Position numbers and translations under genes: made by a program. Below are positions 39,457-48,400 of a stretch of 64,000 nucleotides of DNA, in pieces. Under the pieces are notes generated by a model that made no database searches, was not told the origin of the DNA, and was given only the letters and a program-made list of their open reading frames with translations. Source of the DNA: an uncultured Fidelibacterota bacterium. Its GTDB lineage: Bacteria; Fidelibacterota; Marinisomatia; Marinisomatales; UBA1611. The DNA lies in assembly GCA_902562835.1 (NCBI GenBank), contig CACEUX010000003.1:6991-70990 (forward strand). Direction: 5' to 3'. Numbering within the stretch: the first letter of the stretch is position 1; every line of letters starts with the position of its first letter.

Positions 39457-41532
39457 ATGAAACAATTTTTAGCATCTGATATTAGGAACTTTGCAATAGT
39501 CGGGCATGGAGCTTCAGGAAAAACTTGTTTAGCCGAAGCAATGCTCAAAATTGGTGGAGAGATCAATCGCTTAGGTACTATCGAGGATGGTTCAACTACT
39601 TCAGACTATCATCCAGGAGAACGATCAAGACAAATATCCATACACAGTACCCCACTCCATATGGAGTGGATGGATAAAAAATTCAACATAATAGATACAC
39701 CAGGATATTCTGATTTTATTGGTGAGGCTCTAGGTTCATTAAGTGTTGTAGATATGGCTGTAATTACAGTACATGCGGTTAATGGAGTTGAAGTTTGTAC
39801 TGAGACCATGTGGAACCATGCTTCAAAACTTGGCATCCCTAAAATGCTTGTTGTAAACGGTTTAGATAGAGAACATACAAAATTTGAAAAGGTACTTGAG
39901 CAAGCTAGAAAGCGGTTTGGAAATAATGTTTTTCCTATGCAATTGCCTGTAAATGAAGGACCAGGCTATAATAAGAATATTGATGTTTTAAGATCGGAGT
40001 TGATTTCTTACAAAGAAGATAGATCAGGGGAAATGACAGAAAATGAATTACCTGAAGAATTAAAAGAGAGAGTAAAAGCTCTGCATGAAGAATTAATAGA
40101 ATATGTCGCTGAGTCTGATGACTCACTCCTAGAAAAATTCTTTGAAGAAGGTAGTTTGACGGAAGAGGAAATGAGAGAAGGAATCCATCACGCTATACAA
40201 AACCAGACATTTATACCATTATTCTGTGTCTCTGCAACATCGAATATTGGAGTATCACGTGTCTGTGATTTTATTTCTAAATATGGTTCTTCACCAGATG
40301 ACAGAAAAACGATTATTGCTAATGATGAGCAAGGGAACGATGTGGATGTGTCTCTTGATGGTTCTGAAACAGTATTGCAAATATTTAAAACCATGTCTGA
40401 ATCCCATGTTGGAGAGTTCTCATTATTTAGAGTTTATTCCGGCAAAGTAAGTACTGGAAAAGACTATCACAATACAAATAGAAATATAAATGAGCGATTT
40501 GGGCAGATGTTTATTTTAAATGGTAAAAATAGAACTCAGGTTGATCAGCTTTCCGCAGGAGATATTGCTGGCGTTGTTAAATTAAAGGATACGCACACTA
40601 GTAATACACTTTGCTCAGGTAAATATGTTACTCTACCTGCATTAGATCTGCCAAGCCCTAATATTCACGCAGCAATTGAACCAAGTGCTAAGGGAGATGA
40701 AGAAAAACTTGCAGTGGGGTTATCTACTTTACATGAAGAGGACCCAACTTTTGTCTACAGAGTTGACTCTGAAGTTAAACAGACCATTATATCTGGCCAG
40801 GGAGAGCTGCATCTTACTGTCACAACAGAGCGATTAAAACGAAGGTTTGGTATTGATATTGCTCTTGAGGAACCGAAGGTACCATTTAGAGAGACTATCA
40901 TGGGTAATGGTTCAGCTAAGTATCGACATAAAAAACAGTCTGGTGGGGCAGGCCAGTTTGCTGAGGTATGGATGAGGATTGAGCCAAAGCAAAGGGGAGA
41001 AGGAATAGAATTTACTCATTCCCTTGTAGGGCAGAATGTTGATCGGGTTTTTGTTCCTTCTGTTGAGAAAGGAGTTAATACAGCTTGCTCGGATGGAATC
41101 CTTGCTGGTTGTAAGGTTGTGGATGTAAAAATAGATTTTTATGATGGGAAAATGCATCCAGTTGATTCTAAGGACATCGCTTTTCAAACTGCAGGTAAAC
41201 ATGCATTTCGAGAAGCATTTCTTGGTGCGCAGCCCTGCTTGTTAGAACCAATAATGGACATAGAGGTCAAAGTCCCTGAAGATTACATGGGAGATATAAT
41301 GGGAGATATTTCCGGGAAGCGAGGGAAGATCATGGGAATGGATGCTGATGGAAGTTTCCAAGTTATTAAAGCACAAGTTCCCCAGGCTGAGCTTTATCAC
41401 TATGCAACAACCGTTCGCTCATTAACAGGAGGAAGAGGTATCCATTCTGAGTCTTTCAGCCACTATGAAAAAATGCCAAAAGATATCGAGAAAAAAGTTG
41501 CGCAGGAACGTCAAAAGCAAGAGGATGAGTAA
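39457..41532 (+). CDS. Elongation factor G paralogue with divergent G-domain motifs (EF-G II-like)
   Basis: Full five-domain EF-G collinearity (G1 GHGASGKT; domain IV/V motifs SGGAGQFA, HPVDS). However, G3 reads DTPGYSDF rather than DTPGHVDF, and G4 reads NGLD rather than NKxD. Confidence 0.85.
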   Translation: MKQFLASDIRNFAIVGHGASGKTCLAEAMLKIGGEINRLGTIEDGSTTSDYHPGERSRQISIHSTPLHMEWMDKKFNIIDTPGYSDFIGEALGSLSVVDMAVITVHAVNGVEVCTETMWNHASKLGIPKMLVVNGLDREHTKFEKVLEQARKRFGNNVFPMQLPVNEGPGYNKNIDVLRSELISYKEDRSGEMTENELPEELKERVKALHEELIEYVAESDDSLLEKFFEEGSLTEEEMREGIHHAIQNQTFIPLFCVSATSNIGVSRVCDFISKYGSSPDDRKTIIANDEQGNDVDVSLDGSETVLQIFKTMSESHVGEFSLFRVYSGKVSTGKDYHNTNRNINERFGQMFILNGKNRTQVDQLSAGDIAGVVKLKDTHTSNTLCSGKYVTLPALDLPSPNIHAAIEPSAKGDEEKLAVGLSTLHEEDPTFVYRVDSEVKQTIISGQGELHLTVTTERLKRRFGIDIALEEPKVPFRETIMGNGSAKYRHKKQSGGAGQFAEVWMRIEPKQRGEGIEFTHSLVGQNVDRVFVPSVEKGVNTACSDGILAGCKVVDVKIDFYDGKMHPVDSKDIAFQTAGKHAFREAFLGAQPCLLEPIMDIEVKVPEDYMGDIMGDISGKRGKIMGMDADGSFQVIKAQVPQAELYHYATTVRSLTGGRGIHSESFSHYEKMPKDIEKKVAQERQKQEDE

Positions 41533-42025
41533 ACTCTGGGCTCCATGGCGTATAGATTATATTCGTTCTCCAAAAGAGAAAGGATGTGTTTTTTGCAAAA
41601 AATCTCAATCAACCAACTTCGAAGAAGATCTAGTTTTATTCAGAGGAGAGGAATCTTTTATTCTTATGAACCTTTACCCTTACTCTAATGGACATATAAT
41701 GATTTCTCCTTACAAGCATACATCAGATACAAATGATATTTCGATGAGCTGTAACAATGAAATAATGTTCTTCGCAAACGTAACAATGAATATTCTTCGA
41801 AATGAAATGAGTGCTGAGGGTTTTAATTTTGGGGCAAACCTAGGAAAGGCAGGTGGAGCTGGGATTGAAGAGCATATCCATTACCATATTGTTCCTCGAT
41901 GGATAGGAGATACTAATTTCATGCCCGTAGTAGGTAATACTAAAGTAATTGTTCAAGGATTAGTTGAGACCTGGAAAACACTTGCGCCTAGTTTTGATAA
42001 AACTTTAGGAAACCATAATGCTTGA
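41525..42025 (+). CDS. HIT-family nucleotide hydrolase/phosphorylase (Ap4A-phosphorylase/GalT-like branch)
   Basis: LWAPWRIDYI at the N terminus and the histidine triad EEHIHYHIVPRW. I prefer the start at 41525 (ATGAGTAA overlap with the EF-G stop). The track ORF starts at 41465 inside EF-G. Confidence 0.8.
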   Translation: MSKLWAPWRIDYIRSPKEKGCVFCKKSQSTNFEEDLVLFRGEESFILMNLYPYSNGHIMISPYKHTSDTNDISMSCNNEIMFFANVTMNILRNEMSAEGFNFGANLGKAGGAGIEEHIHYHIVPRWIGDTNFMPVVGNTKVIVQGLVETWKTLAPSFDKTLGNHNA

Positions 42026-42230
42026 TTTTAGTAGAACATGGTTGCCTTTCATCTATTTATATGGTGTAGGTGGGTTTGCTTTTTTAATTGGAATGTATCT
42101 TATAACTAAATCCAATGCACTGAACTTGAGTGATCAAAAGCATAAAAAATGGTTATTCATACTCATATTTGGGTTCATTTATTATGCTGGTATACACTCA
42201 CTCTTTATACTCTTAGCACTAGGGAATTAA
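42018..42230 (+). CDS. Small 2-TM membrane protein, putative accessory subunit of the downstream symporter
   Basis: 70 aa. It overlaps the HIT gene by 8 nt, and its stop lies 1 nt before the TTG start of the SSS carrier. Confidence 0.45.
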   Translation: MLDFSRTWLPFIYLYGVGGFAFLIGMYLITKSNALNLSDQKHKKWLFILIFGFIYYAGIHSLFILLALGN

Positions 42231-42231
42231 G

Positions 42232-44091
42232 TTGGAAATCTCTGTAGGCACAGGAATCGATCGCGTAGTTATACTAATATATTTTTTATTGGTAATGGGT
42301 TTCGGGGCATATTTTGGTAAATATAGTAAAACAACATCTGACTATTTTTTTGGTGGTAGAAGGTTCTCTTGGTGGCTTATCACAATTTCAATTGTTGCAA
42401 CTGGAATAGGGTCTCATAGTTTTGTAAAGTATTCAACCAAAGCATACCAATATGGTTTTTCATCAACCATGACATATATGAATGATTGGTTCTTCATGCC
42501 CTTATTTATGTTTGGCTGGTTACCAATTATTTATTACACAAAAGTTCGGTCTATTCCAGAATACTTCGAAAAACGGTTTAATAAAACGGCTAGATATTTG
42601 GCCACAACTATGACCCTTCTTTACATGATTGGGTATATTGCAATTCAATTGCTGACACTTGCAACTGCATTATATCGTATATATAATATCCCGCTGATGG
42701 CCACAGTTATCATTATTGCTATAGCCACATCGATATATATGCATTTTGGTGGGCAGACATCGGTAATATTTACTGACCTGTTTCAAGGATTGATTCTACT
42801 GTTTGCAGGACTTCTTTTATTCTTTCTTGGGATACAATACCTTGGGGCTGGACATTTTTCATATGGTTTGAATTCTTTCTGGAGTTTTTTAACGCCTGAG
42901 CAAAAATTACCTTTAGCGCATTTTAATCATCCTCCAAACTTTAATTTTGTTGGAATATTCTGGCAAGATGGTATTGCCGGTTCGATAGGTTTCTTATTTT
43001 TGAATCAAGGGCTAATTATGCGTTTTATGGCAGCTAAAAATGTAAATGAGGGTCGAAAAGCAGCCGCATTTAATGTTCTATTAGTTCTTCCAATATCAGC
43101 AATAGTGGTCTCTAATGCAGGATGGATTGGTAGAGCAATAGCAAATGGAATGCCTGGAATCCTCCCTATGGACCTTCAGCCAAATGATGTCTTTGTTGCC
43201 GTAACAAATATTGTAGCTAGCCCAGGCGTTTTCGGATTTATAATTGCTGCATTATGTGCAGCTCTTATGTCTACGGCTGATACATTGGTGAATGCGTCAT
43301 CTGCTATTGTTGTGAATGATATTTATGGACCGTTATCTAAAAAAGAGCAAACAGATAAGAAGCAACTAGAGGTAGCTCGTTATGCTTCGATCGGTATAAA
43401 GGTCATTGCGATTATTTTAGTTCCATTTTTTAATTCTTTCGATTCAATATATGAAGCACATGGATGGTTTCATTCGACATTTACCCCGCCACTGGTTGTT
43501 GCTGTCTTCTTAGGAATTTTTTGGAAAAGGTTTACCACACCAGCTGTTATTGCAACATTTACTGTCGGTGCATTTTTAATGATACTTGGCCAATTTAATC
43601 ATGAGCTTATAGCACCATTCTCCCATGGTATTGAGTTACGACCAGGCAGAGGGTATTCCTATATTGGTGCTCTATATAATATATTTGTTTGTGCTAGTGT
43701 TGGTGTAATTGTCAGTTTCTTAACAGCACCGCCTACTAAGGAAAAAGTAAATGGGCTAACAGTATATGATGTCGCTAACCTAAAAGTAAATTTCAAAGGT
43801 GGTAAAGTAAATGAAGATGAAGGTGAGATAGTTATTGTTGATTGGGAAATTTCTGATTCGGATGAAAATGTTATAAAATTTTCAAAAAATGATATGGAGA
43901 AAATGAAAGCAGAGGTAGGTGATTTAGTATACCTGTGTGATAATCGAAAGTGGCTTGGTGGTTTAAAGTCAATTCACTCTGTCTATGGCAATCCACATGA
44001 TGCAGATGGGGTTGTAATAATTACGAATGAACAACAGCAGAGCGGACTATTTGATAAAGGTAGAAAATTATTTGGAGAAAAAGAAATGTGA
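42232..44091 (+). CDS. Sodium:solute symporter family transporter with a ~95-aa soluble C-terminal extension
   Basis: SSS core of about 13 TM helices (FGGRRFSWW, GGQTSVIFTDLFQG). The hydrophilic tail begins around VNGLTVYDV. Confidence 0.85.
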   Translation: MEISVGTGIDRVVILIYFLLVMGFGAYFGKYSKTTSDYFFGGRRFSWWLITISIVATGIGSHSFVKYSTKAYQYGFSSTMTYMNDWFFMPLFMFGWLPIIYYTKVRSIPEYFEKRFNKTARYLATTMTLLYMIGYIAIQLLTLATALYRIYNIPLMATVIIIAIATSIYMHFGGQTSVIFTDLFQGLILLFAGLLLFFLGIQYLGAGHFSYGLNSFWSFLTPEQKLPLAHFNHPPNFNFVGIFWQDGIAGSIGFLFLNQGLIMRFMAAKNVNEGRKAAAFNVLLVLPISAIVVSNAGWIGRAIANGMPGILPMDLQPNDVFVAVTNIVASPGVFGFIIAALCAALMSTADTLVNASSAIVVNDIYGPLSKKEQTDKKQLEVARYASIGIKVIAIILVPFFNSFDSIYEAHGWFHSTFTPPLVVAVFLGIFWKRFTTPAVIATFTVGAFLMILGQFNHELIAPFSHGIELRPGRGYSYIGALYNIFVCASVGVIVSFLTAPPTKEKVNGLTVYDVANLKVNFKGGKVNEDEGEIVIVDWEISDSDENVIKFSKNDMEKMKAEVGDLVYLCDNRKWLGGLKSIHSVYGNPHDADGVVIITNEQQQSGLFDKGRKLFGEKEM

Positions 44092-44150
44092 CTTTGAGGG
44101 CTTATGAATAGACTATAAATTCGCCAACTTTTTTAATAGAAAATTATTAT

Positions 44151-44223
44151 TCCGGAGTAGCTCAGTTGGTAGAGCAGGTGGCTGTTAACCACTTTGTCGG
44201 GGGTTCGAGTCCCTCCTCCGGAG
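44151..44223 (+). tRNA. tRNA-Asn (anticodon GTT)
   Basis: Folded by hand. Acceptor stem TCCGGAG/CTCCGGA; D-arm GCTCAGTTGGTAGAGC; anticodon loop CT-GTT-AA (GTT at 44184-44186); T-arm GGGGGTTCGAGTCCCTC; discriminator G. No CCA is encoded. Confidence 0.95.
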
Positions 44224-44229
44224 CTTCGT

Positions 44230-44254
44230 AAAGCCCCTAAGTTTTAGGGGCTTT
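44230..44254. terminator. Bidirectional hairpin terminator between tRNA-Asn (+) and the XrtF operon (-)
   Basis: Perfect 10-bp stem AAAGCCCCTA / TAGGGGCTTT with a 5-nt loop. The A/T runs in the stem arms would give a U-tract in either orientation. Confidence 0.6.
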
Positions 44255-44263
44255 CCTATTTAT

Positions 44264-44758
44264 TTACCCTTCATAGACTCCTTTTAAACCTAAAAACAGT
44301 GAATAAATAAATATTGCCTGAAATAACATCTCATTAACCTGTAGTAATCCCCCTGACCAGCCATGACCCTTTATAAATAAATACCCTAATAAAGGGGGTA
44401 TGAAGCATAGACATACATGATAGATGATCAGCGCAAAGGATAGATCTTTATTTCGTATTGCGATAAACAAACTGAGAGGTAACCAAAAATATCCACCAAA
44501 AGGGATACCAAAACCTCTAGGAACATCATATTCATCTTGAAGAATGTCAATTCTTCTGGAATTATATTTTAATTCTACATTGTGTGATATAGTAAGTTCA
44601 GAAAATATTGGATAGATGTATTCAGTATTTATTTTGATCCTAACTGGTCTAATGATCAGAATATATAAAGTAGCAATAACTATCAGGCTAATGAAAACTC
44701 TGATGAGGAGGGGGTAGGGGCTTCTTCTCCAGTTAATGTCCATTGATACCAAAGCCAT
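44264..44758 (-). CDS. Exosortase F system-associated membrane protein (putative)
   Basis: About 160 aa and multi-TM, located immediately downstream of the XrtF-like gene. This is the conserved pairing described for XrtF. The start (44758 or 44743) lies inside the 3' end of xrtF. Confidence 0.6.
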   Translation of the reverse strand: MALVSMDINWRRSPYPLLIRVFISLIVIATLYILIIRPVRIKINTEYIYPIFSELTISHNVELKYNSRRIDILQDEYDVPRGFGIPFGGYFWLPLSLFIAIRNKDLSFALIIYHVCLCFIPPLLGYLFIKGHGWSGGLLQVNEMLFQAIFIYSLFLGLKGVYEG

Positions 44759-45195
44759 AGAATAAGTGGATAAAAGAAAATGAAAGGACTGAACTCATGA
44801 AATAATTCCCAATGTGGCTGAAAATATACGGTAGCCAAACTAAATGCAATAATACGTATTATATTTAAAAAATAAATAAATAATATACCAACTGCTACAA
44901 ACTTGACCTTATTCTGTAGTGACCCTTTGAAACAGATAATGAACCCTGAGTATAATATCATTAAGGTAAGTGCATTGCATTCATTCAAGACCTCAACACC
45001 TCTATATCCATTGATAGTGATAATCCTACCTAGAGAATGGATATCCCATCCAAAAATATTTAAAATAGTCTTACTTATATATACAACTGATAGGGAAAGA
45101 AATTCATCTAGTTTTCCATTTGGTAATAAAAACAGGTCATAAATGACCTGCCAAATAGTATAAAAAATAGCGGCTCTAATTAAGAACCGGAACAT
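44683..45195 (-). CDS. xrtF: Exosortase family protein XrtF
   Basis: About 170 aa and polytopic. Exosortase catalytic-type motifs appear in order: Cys (VEVLNECNALTLMILYSG), Arg (YFLNIIRIIAFSL) and His (WELFHEFSPFIFFYP). I prefer the start at MFRFLIRAAIFY (45195). The track start at 45249 would overlap the upstream miniprotein ORF. Confidence 0.7.
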   Translation of the reverse strand: MFRFLIRAAIFYTIWQVIYDLFLLPNGKLDEFLSLSVVYISKTILNIFGWDIHSLGRIITINGYRGVEVLNECNALTLMILYSGFIICFKGSLQNKVKFVAVGILFIYFLNIIRIIAFSLATVYFQPHWELFHEFSPFIFFYPLILWLWYQWTLTGEEAPTPSSSEFSLA

Positions 45196-45214
45196 AGAGT
45201 AGTATTGCTTCAGT

Positions 45215-45394
45215 TTATTTACTACGATTAAAATAACTTTTCGCTGCAATCAAAATTCCACCAATAGCAAGGAACATCAAACCATTGATAGGACCTTGGT
45301 TAGGCGCATCAGGTAATGGGGGTGGGTCTTGCGCGAAAATTACATTCAGACAGCAGAATGCAATAATGACGATAAAATTAAGTTTTTTATTCAT
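45215..45394 (-). CDS. Unlisted 59-aa miniprotein: signal peptide, Pro-rich linker, C-terminal TM helix and basic tail (candidate exosortase-F sorting-signal protein)
   Basis: Hand translation gives MNKKLNFIVIIAFCCLNVIFAQDPPPLPDAPNQGPINGLMFLAIGGILIAAKSYFNRSK. The ATG is 7 nt after the stop of the 1232-aa gene, and the stop is 19 nt before the preferred xrtF ATG. It is one codon below the track cutoff. Confidence 0.45.
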   Translation of the reverse strand: MNKKLNFIVIIAFCCLNVIFAQDPPPLPDAPNQGPINGLMFLAIGGILIAAKSYFNRSK

Positions 45395-45401
45395 AATAGC
45401 T

Positions 45402-48400
45402 TTACTTAATGTAGGTTATTTTTTGGTTAAATGATCTATCGCCAACAGCCAATTCTACAAGGTATACGCCAGATGGTAATAGCCCAGGATTCCATGAAAT
45501 CTGGTGATTGCCGGGAATCATGAATTCATTGATTAGAGATGCTACTTGTCTTCCAGTAAGATCAAAAATATTTAACGAAACATTATCCATTTCTAGAATA
45601 TCAAAACTAATGATAGTACTAGGGTTGAATGGGTTTGGATATGCATTATGGAGTGTAATATCTTCAGGGACTATTAAATTTTCATCGTCATTAGATGCAA
45701 TATCTGTATATACAGACAAAGTGAATTGTGATTCTCCAACTTCAGGATAAGTTTCCATTAGATTTTCTGGGAATAAAAACCCGCCTTTATTAGGTAGAGC
45801 TACATTCATAGATGGATATCCATAAAGATTTATTGTTTGACCGGTTACATTATTAACAAGAGATAAAGATATTCCTTCAGGGAGATTACTGATATCCCAT
45901 GTCATACTAACCTGTTCAGATTGAGTTTCATATCCTTCATCATTTGGACTTAGTAACATTACATCAAGGTCAAATGAGATATCCGTGGAAAGATCAGATG
46001 GTAGGTTATTAATTGATAGCGATTTTCCAGACTCATGTATCATACTAGTTAAATGTTCTGCGGGTGATATAGGTATAATCTGTTTTGCATCAGCATTATC
46101 TAGGTTAATATGACCATTCTCTGTGAATGAAAGATATACATTACTGGTGAATTGATCATTTGCAAATGTAAAAGTAGCAGTCCCAGTTGATTCATTGGTA
46201 GTGCTTCTACCACCATCAATATTCATATGCCCTTTTTGCATACACTGTTCAGTGAATTCAAACACATCTCCATCATTATCAGCTTGTACCCAAAATCCGT
46301 CAAAGGGTTTAATTAGACCTTGGTCTATATCTCCAACTGTACCATTATGTGTTCTATAGCCAGGGTTAGTATTATCTAGTCGGTAGACCGTAGAATGAAA
46401 TTTTGAACTATTATCTGAAAGCATCTGGTTAATGTTAACGTGAAGTCCATAGGGATTACCAACCAAGTTCCATTTTGTTGGGTTAGCAGAAACTGTGACA
46501 CCTGTTCCATTTATTGTGCCATCTACATTCAAGGTAACTGGAAGGTCATCATCTCCATCAAAATCAGTATCAGCGAAGACATAAACAACAAAACCTTGTC
46601 CAGCTTCTAAAATATCATTATTTAAATCTTCTACTGGGATCCAACCATCATCATATGTCCAAACATTTGCATCTGCGCCTTCGTGATCTGACCCTTCTGA
46701 TCCTTGGGTCCATAACTCTTCTAGAAGGTCTCCAAATATTGCACCTGATACTGGACTAGATAAGATACGGAAACCCGAATCCCCTGTAATATCGAGATGT
46801 GTTACTGCAACTGCGACATTAAACTCCTGCGTTGTGTACCCACCATTCCCATCATTCGCAATAATCTGGACATTATGGAGCCCTCCATCATTGAAAGTTG
46901 GTGTGCCACTCAATGCCATAGAAGAGGTGTAGGCTACGCTATTGCTCCAGTTTGCACCGTTAATTGTTCCATGATTCCCATTTCCTGAGATATCATAGAT
47001 TTCATTACCTGACCCTTCATTGAAATTCCAATAGGCAACGAGACCGTCTTGGTTGGGATCAATAGATTGATTCATGCCAGCATTAATCTGATCGGCAGTT
47101 CTAGAAGTATTCCATAGTCTAATATCATCTAGGTTCCCATACCACCACTCAGTGTTTCCGGGAGGATCTGCGCCAATGACAAGAGCCTCATCATTATTAT
47201 AAAATTCAAAATTACTTCCAAAATTATGAGTGGCATCAAGGTTACCATTGATATAAAAGTATCCATTTCCATTTGATTCGACCACACAAGCTACATGGGT
47301 CCAAGTATCAAGTGGTATGGTTGAGCTTGTAAAAAAATTTCCACTAGGTGATCCATTCCAGTTATACACAAGGCGCATGTAGCCTCCATATCCTTGCATT
47401 AATGAGTAAGGAGCAACCTCTGACCATCCGTTAGATCCAGTGAAGTCCCCTTTTGTGATAACTGCACCATAATCTTGGTATCTATCGATCATTATCCAGG
47501 CCTCTATTGTCATTGCATCAACAATATCTTGGTTTTCAGAATAGGGGACAGTGATACGGTCACCTCCGTTAAAATTAAGTGAGTTTGAATTTTGGTCGCT
47601 AAAATTAAGCCAGTCTGGCTTGTTGGGCGCAGTGACTGACACCATGTCACCATCAATATCATGGATTTCAATTGAATAATGATAATCGTGATTTTCTATG
47701 GTATTTAGTTGAGGTGTACTATAAAAGACTGGAAGATCATTTACAGGAATTATATCTATATCAACATCAGCTGCAGATGATGTTAGTTCACCATCAGATA
47801 CCTTGAATGAAAAATGGTCTGTTCCATTATAATTACTATTTGGAATGTAGGTAACTACATTCCCATCAAGGTCAATAGACCCATTTGATGTATATGTTTC
47901 TAGGATGAATGTTAATGTGCCGCCCTCAACATCGCCTCCTGTTAGAGTTATAATCTGTAATTCATCTTCATTGCCAGATACCGTCTGCCCATGTGCTACT
48001 GGTGTATTATTTACATCAGCCCCTTCAATAGAAATAGTTACAACACCATGGCTACTACCAATGCCACTTATATTTGTTTGATTTGATCCACTATTATAAG
48101 AACCGCCGCCGCCGCCAGCACCGCCTTGATACCATGCTCCGCCGCCACCGCCAGAATATCCGCCGCCACCGCCAGCACCACCATATCCGCCGCCGCCGCC
48201 GCCAAAACCGCCACGACCACCATACTGACCATTTCCACCATTTCCACCACTTCTAAATCCAACACCTGCCTCACTATAATGATTATAGTTACCACTACCA
48301 TTGCTGTAGAAGCCACCAGCATTTCCACCATAGGTTGATCCAGTTGCACCCATTCCGTTGCTTCCCCCTATTCCAGGCCCGCTGTAATTATTTTGGGTCG

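Noticed and set aside
41465-41524. N-terminal extensions proposed by the track for the HIT gene (41465), the AmpG-like MFS (54170), the SSS carrier (56608), the CarbopepD_reg protein (18684), XrtF (45249) and the AttH-like lipoprotein (4240).
   Set aside because: The extensions overlap the preceding gene by 16-110 nt and encode basic or odd peptides. Internal Met codons give canonical N termini (LWAPWR, signal peptides, first TM helices) and the 1-8 nt overlaps typical of this genome.
48068-48349. Three overlapping track ORFs (48068-48349 minus; 48074-48256 and 48126-48338 plus) with odd His/Arg-, Ala/Thr- or Val/Ala-rich products.
   Set aside because: They are alternative-frame and antisense readings of the GGN-rich glycine tract inside the 1232-aa gene. 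The low-complexity sequence keeps several frames open. The main frame carries strong domain signatures.
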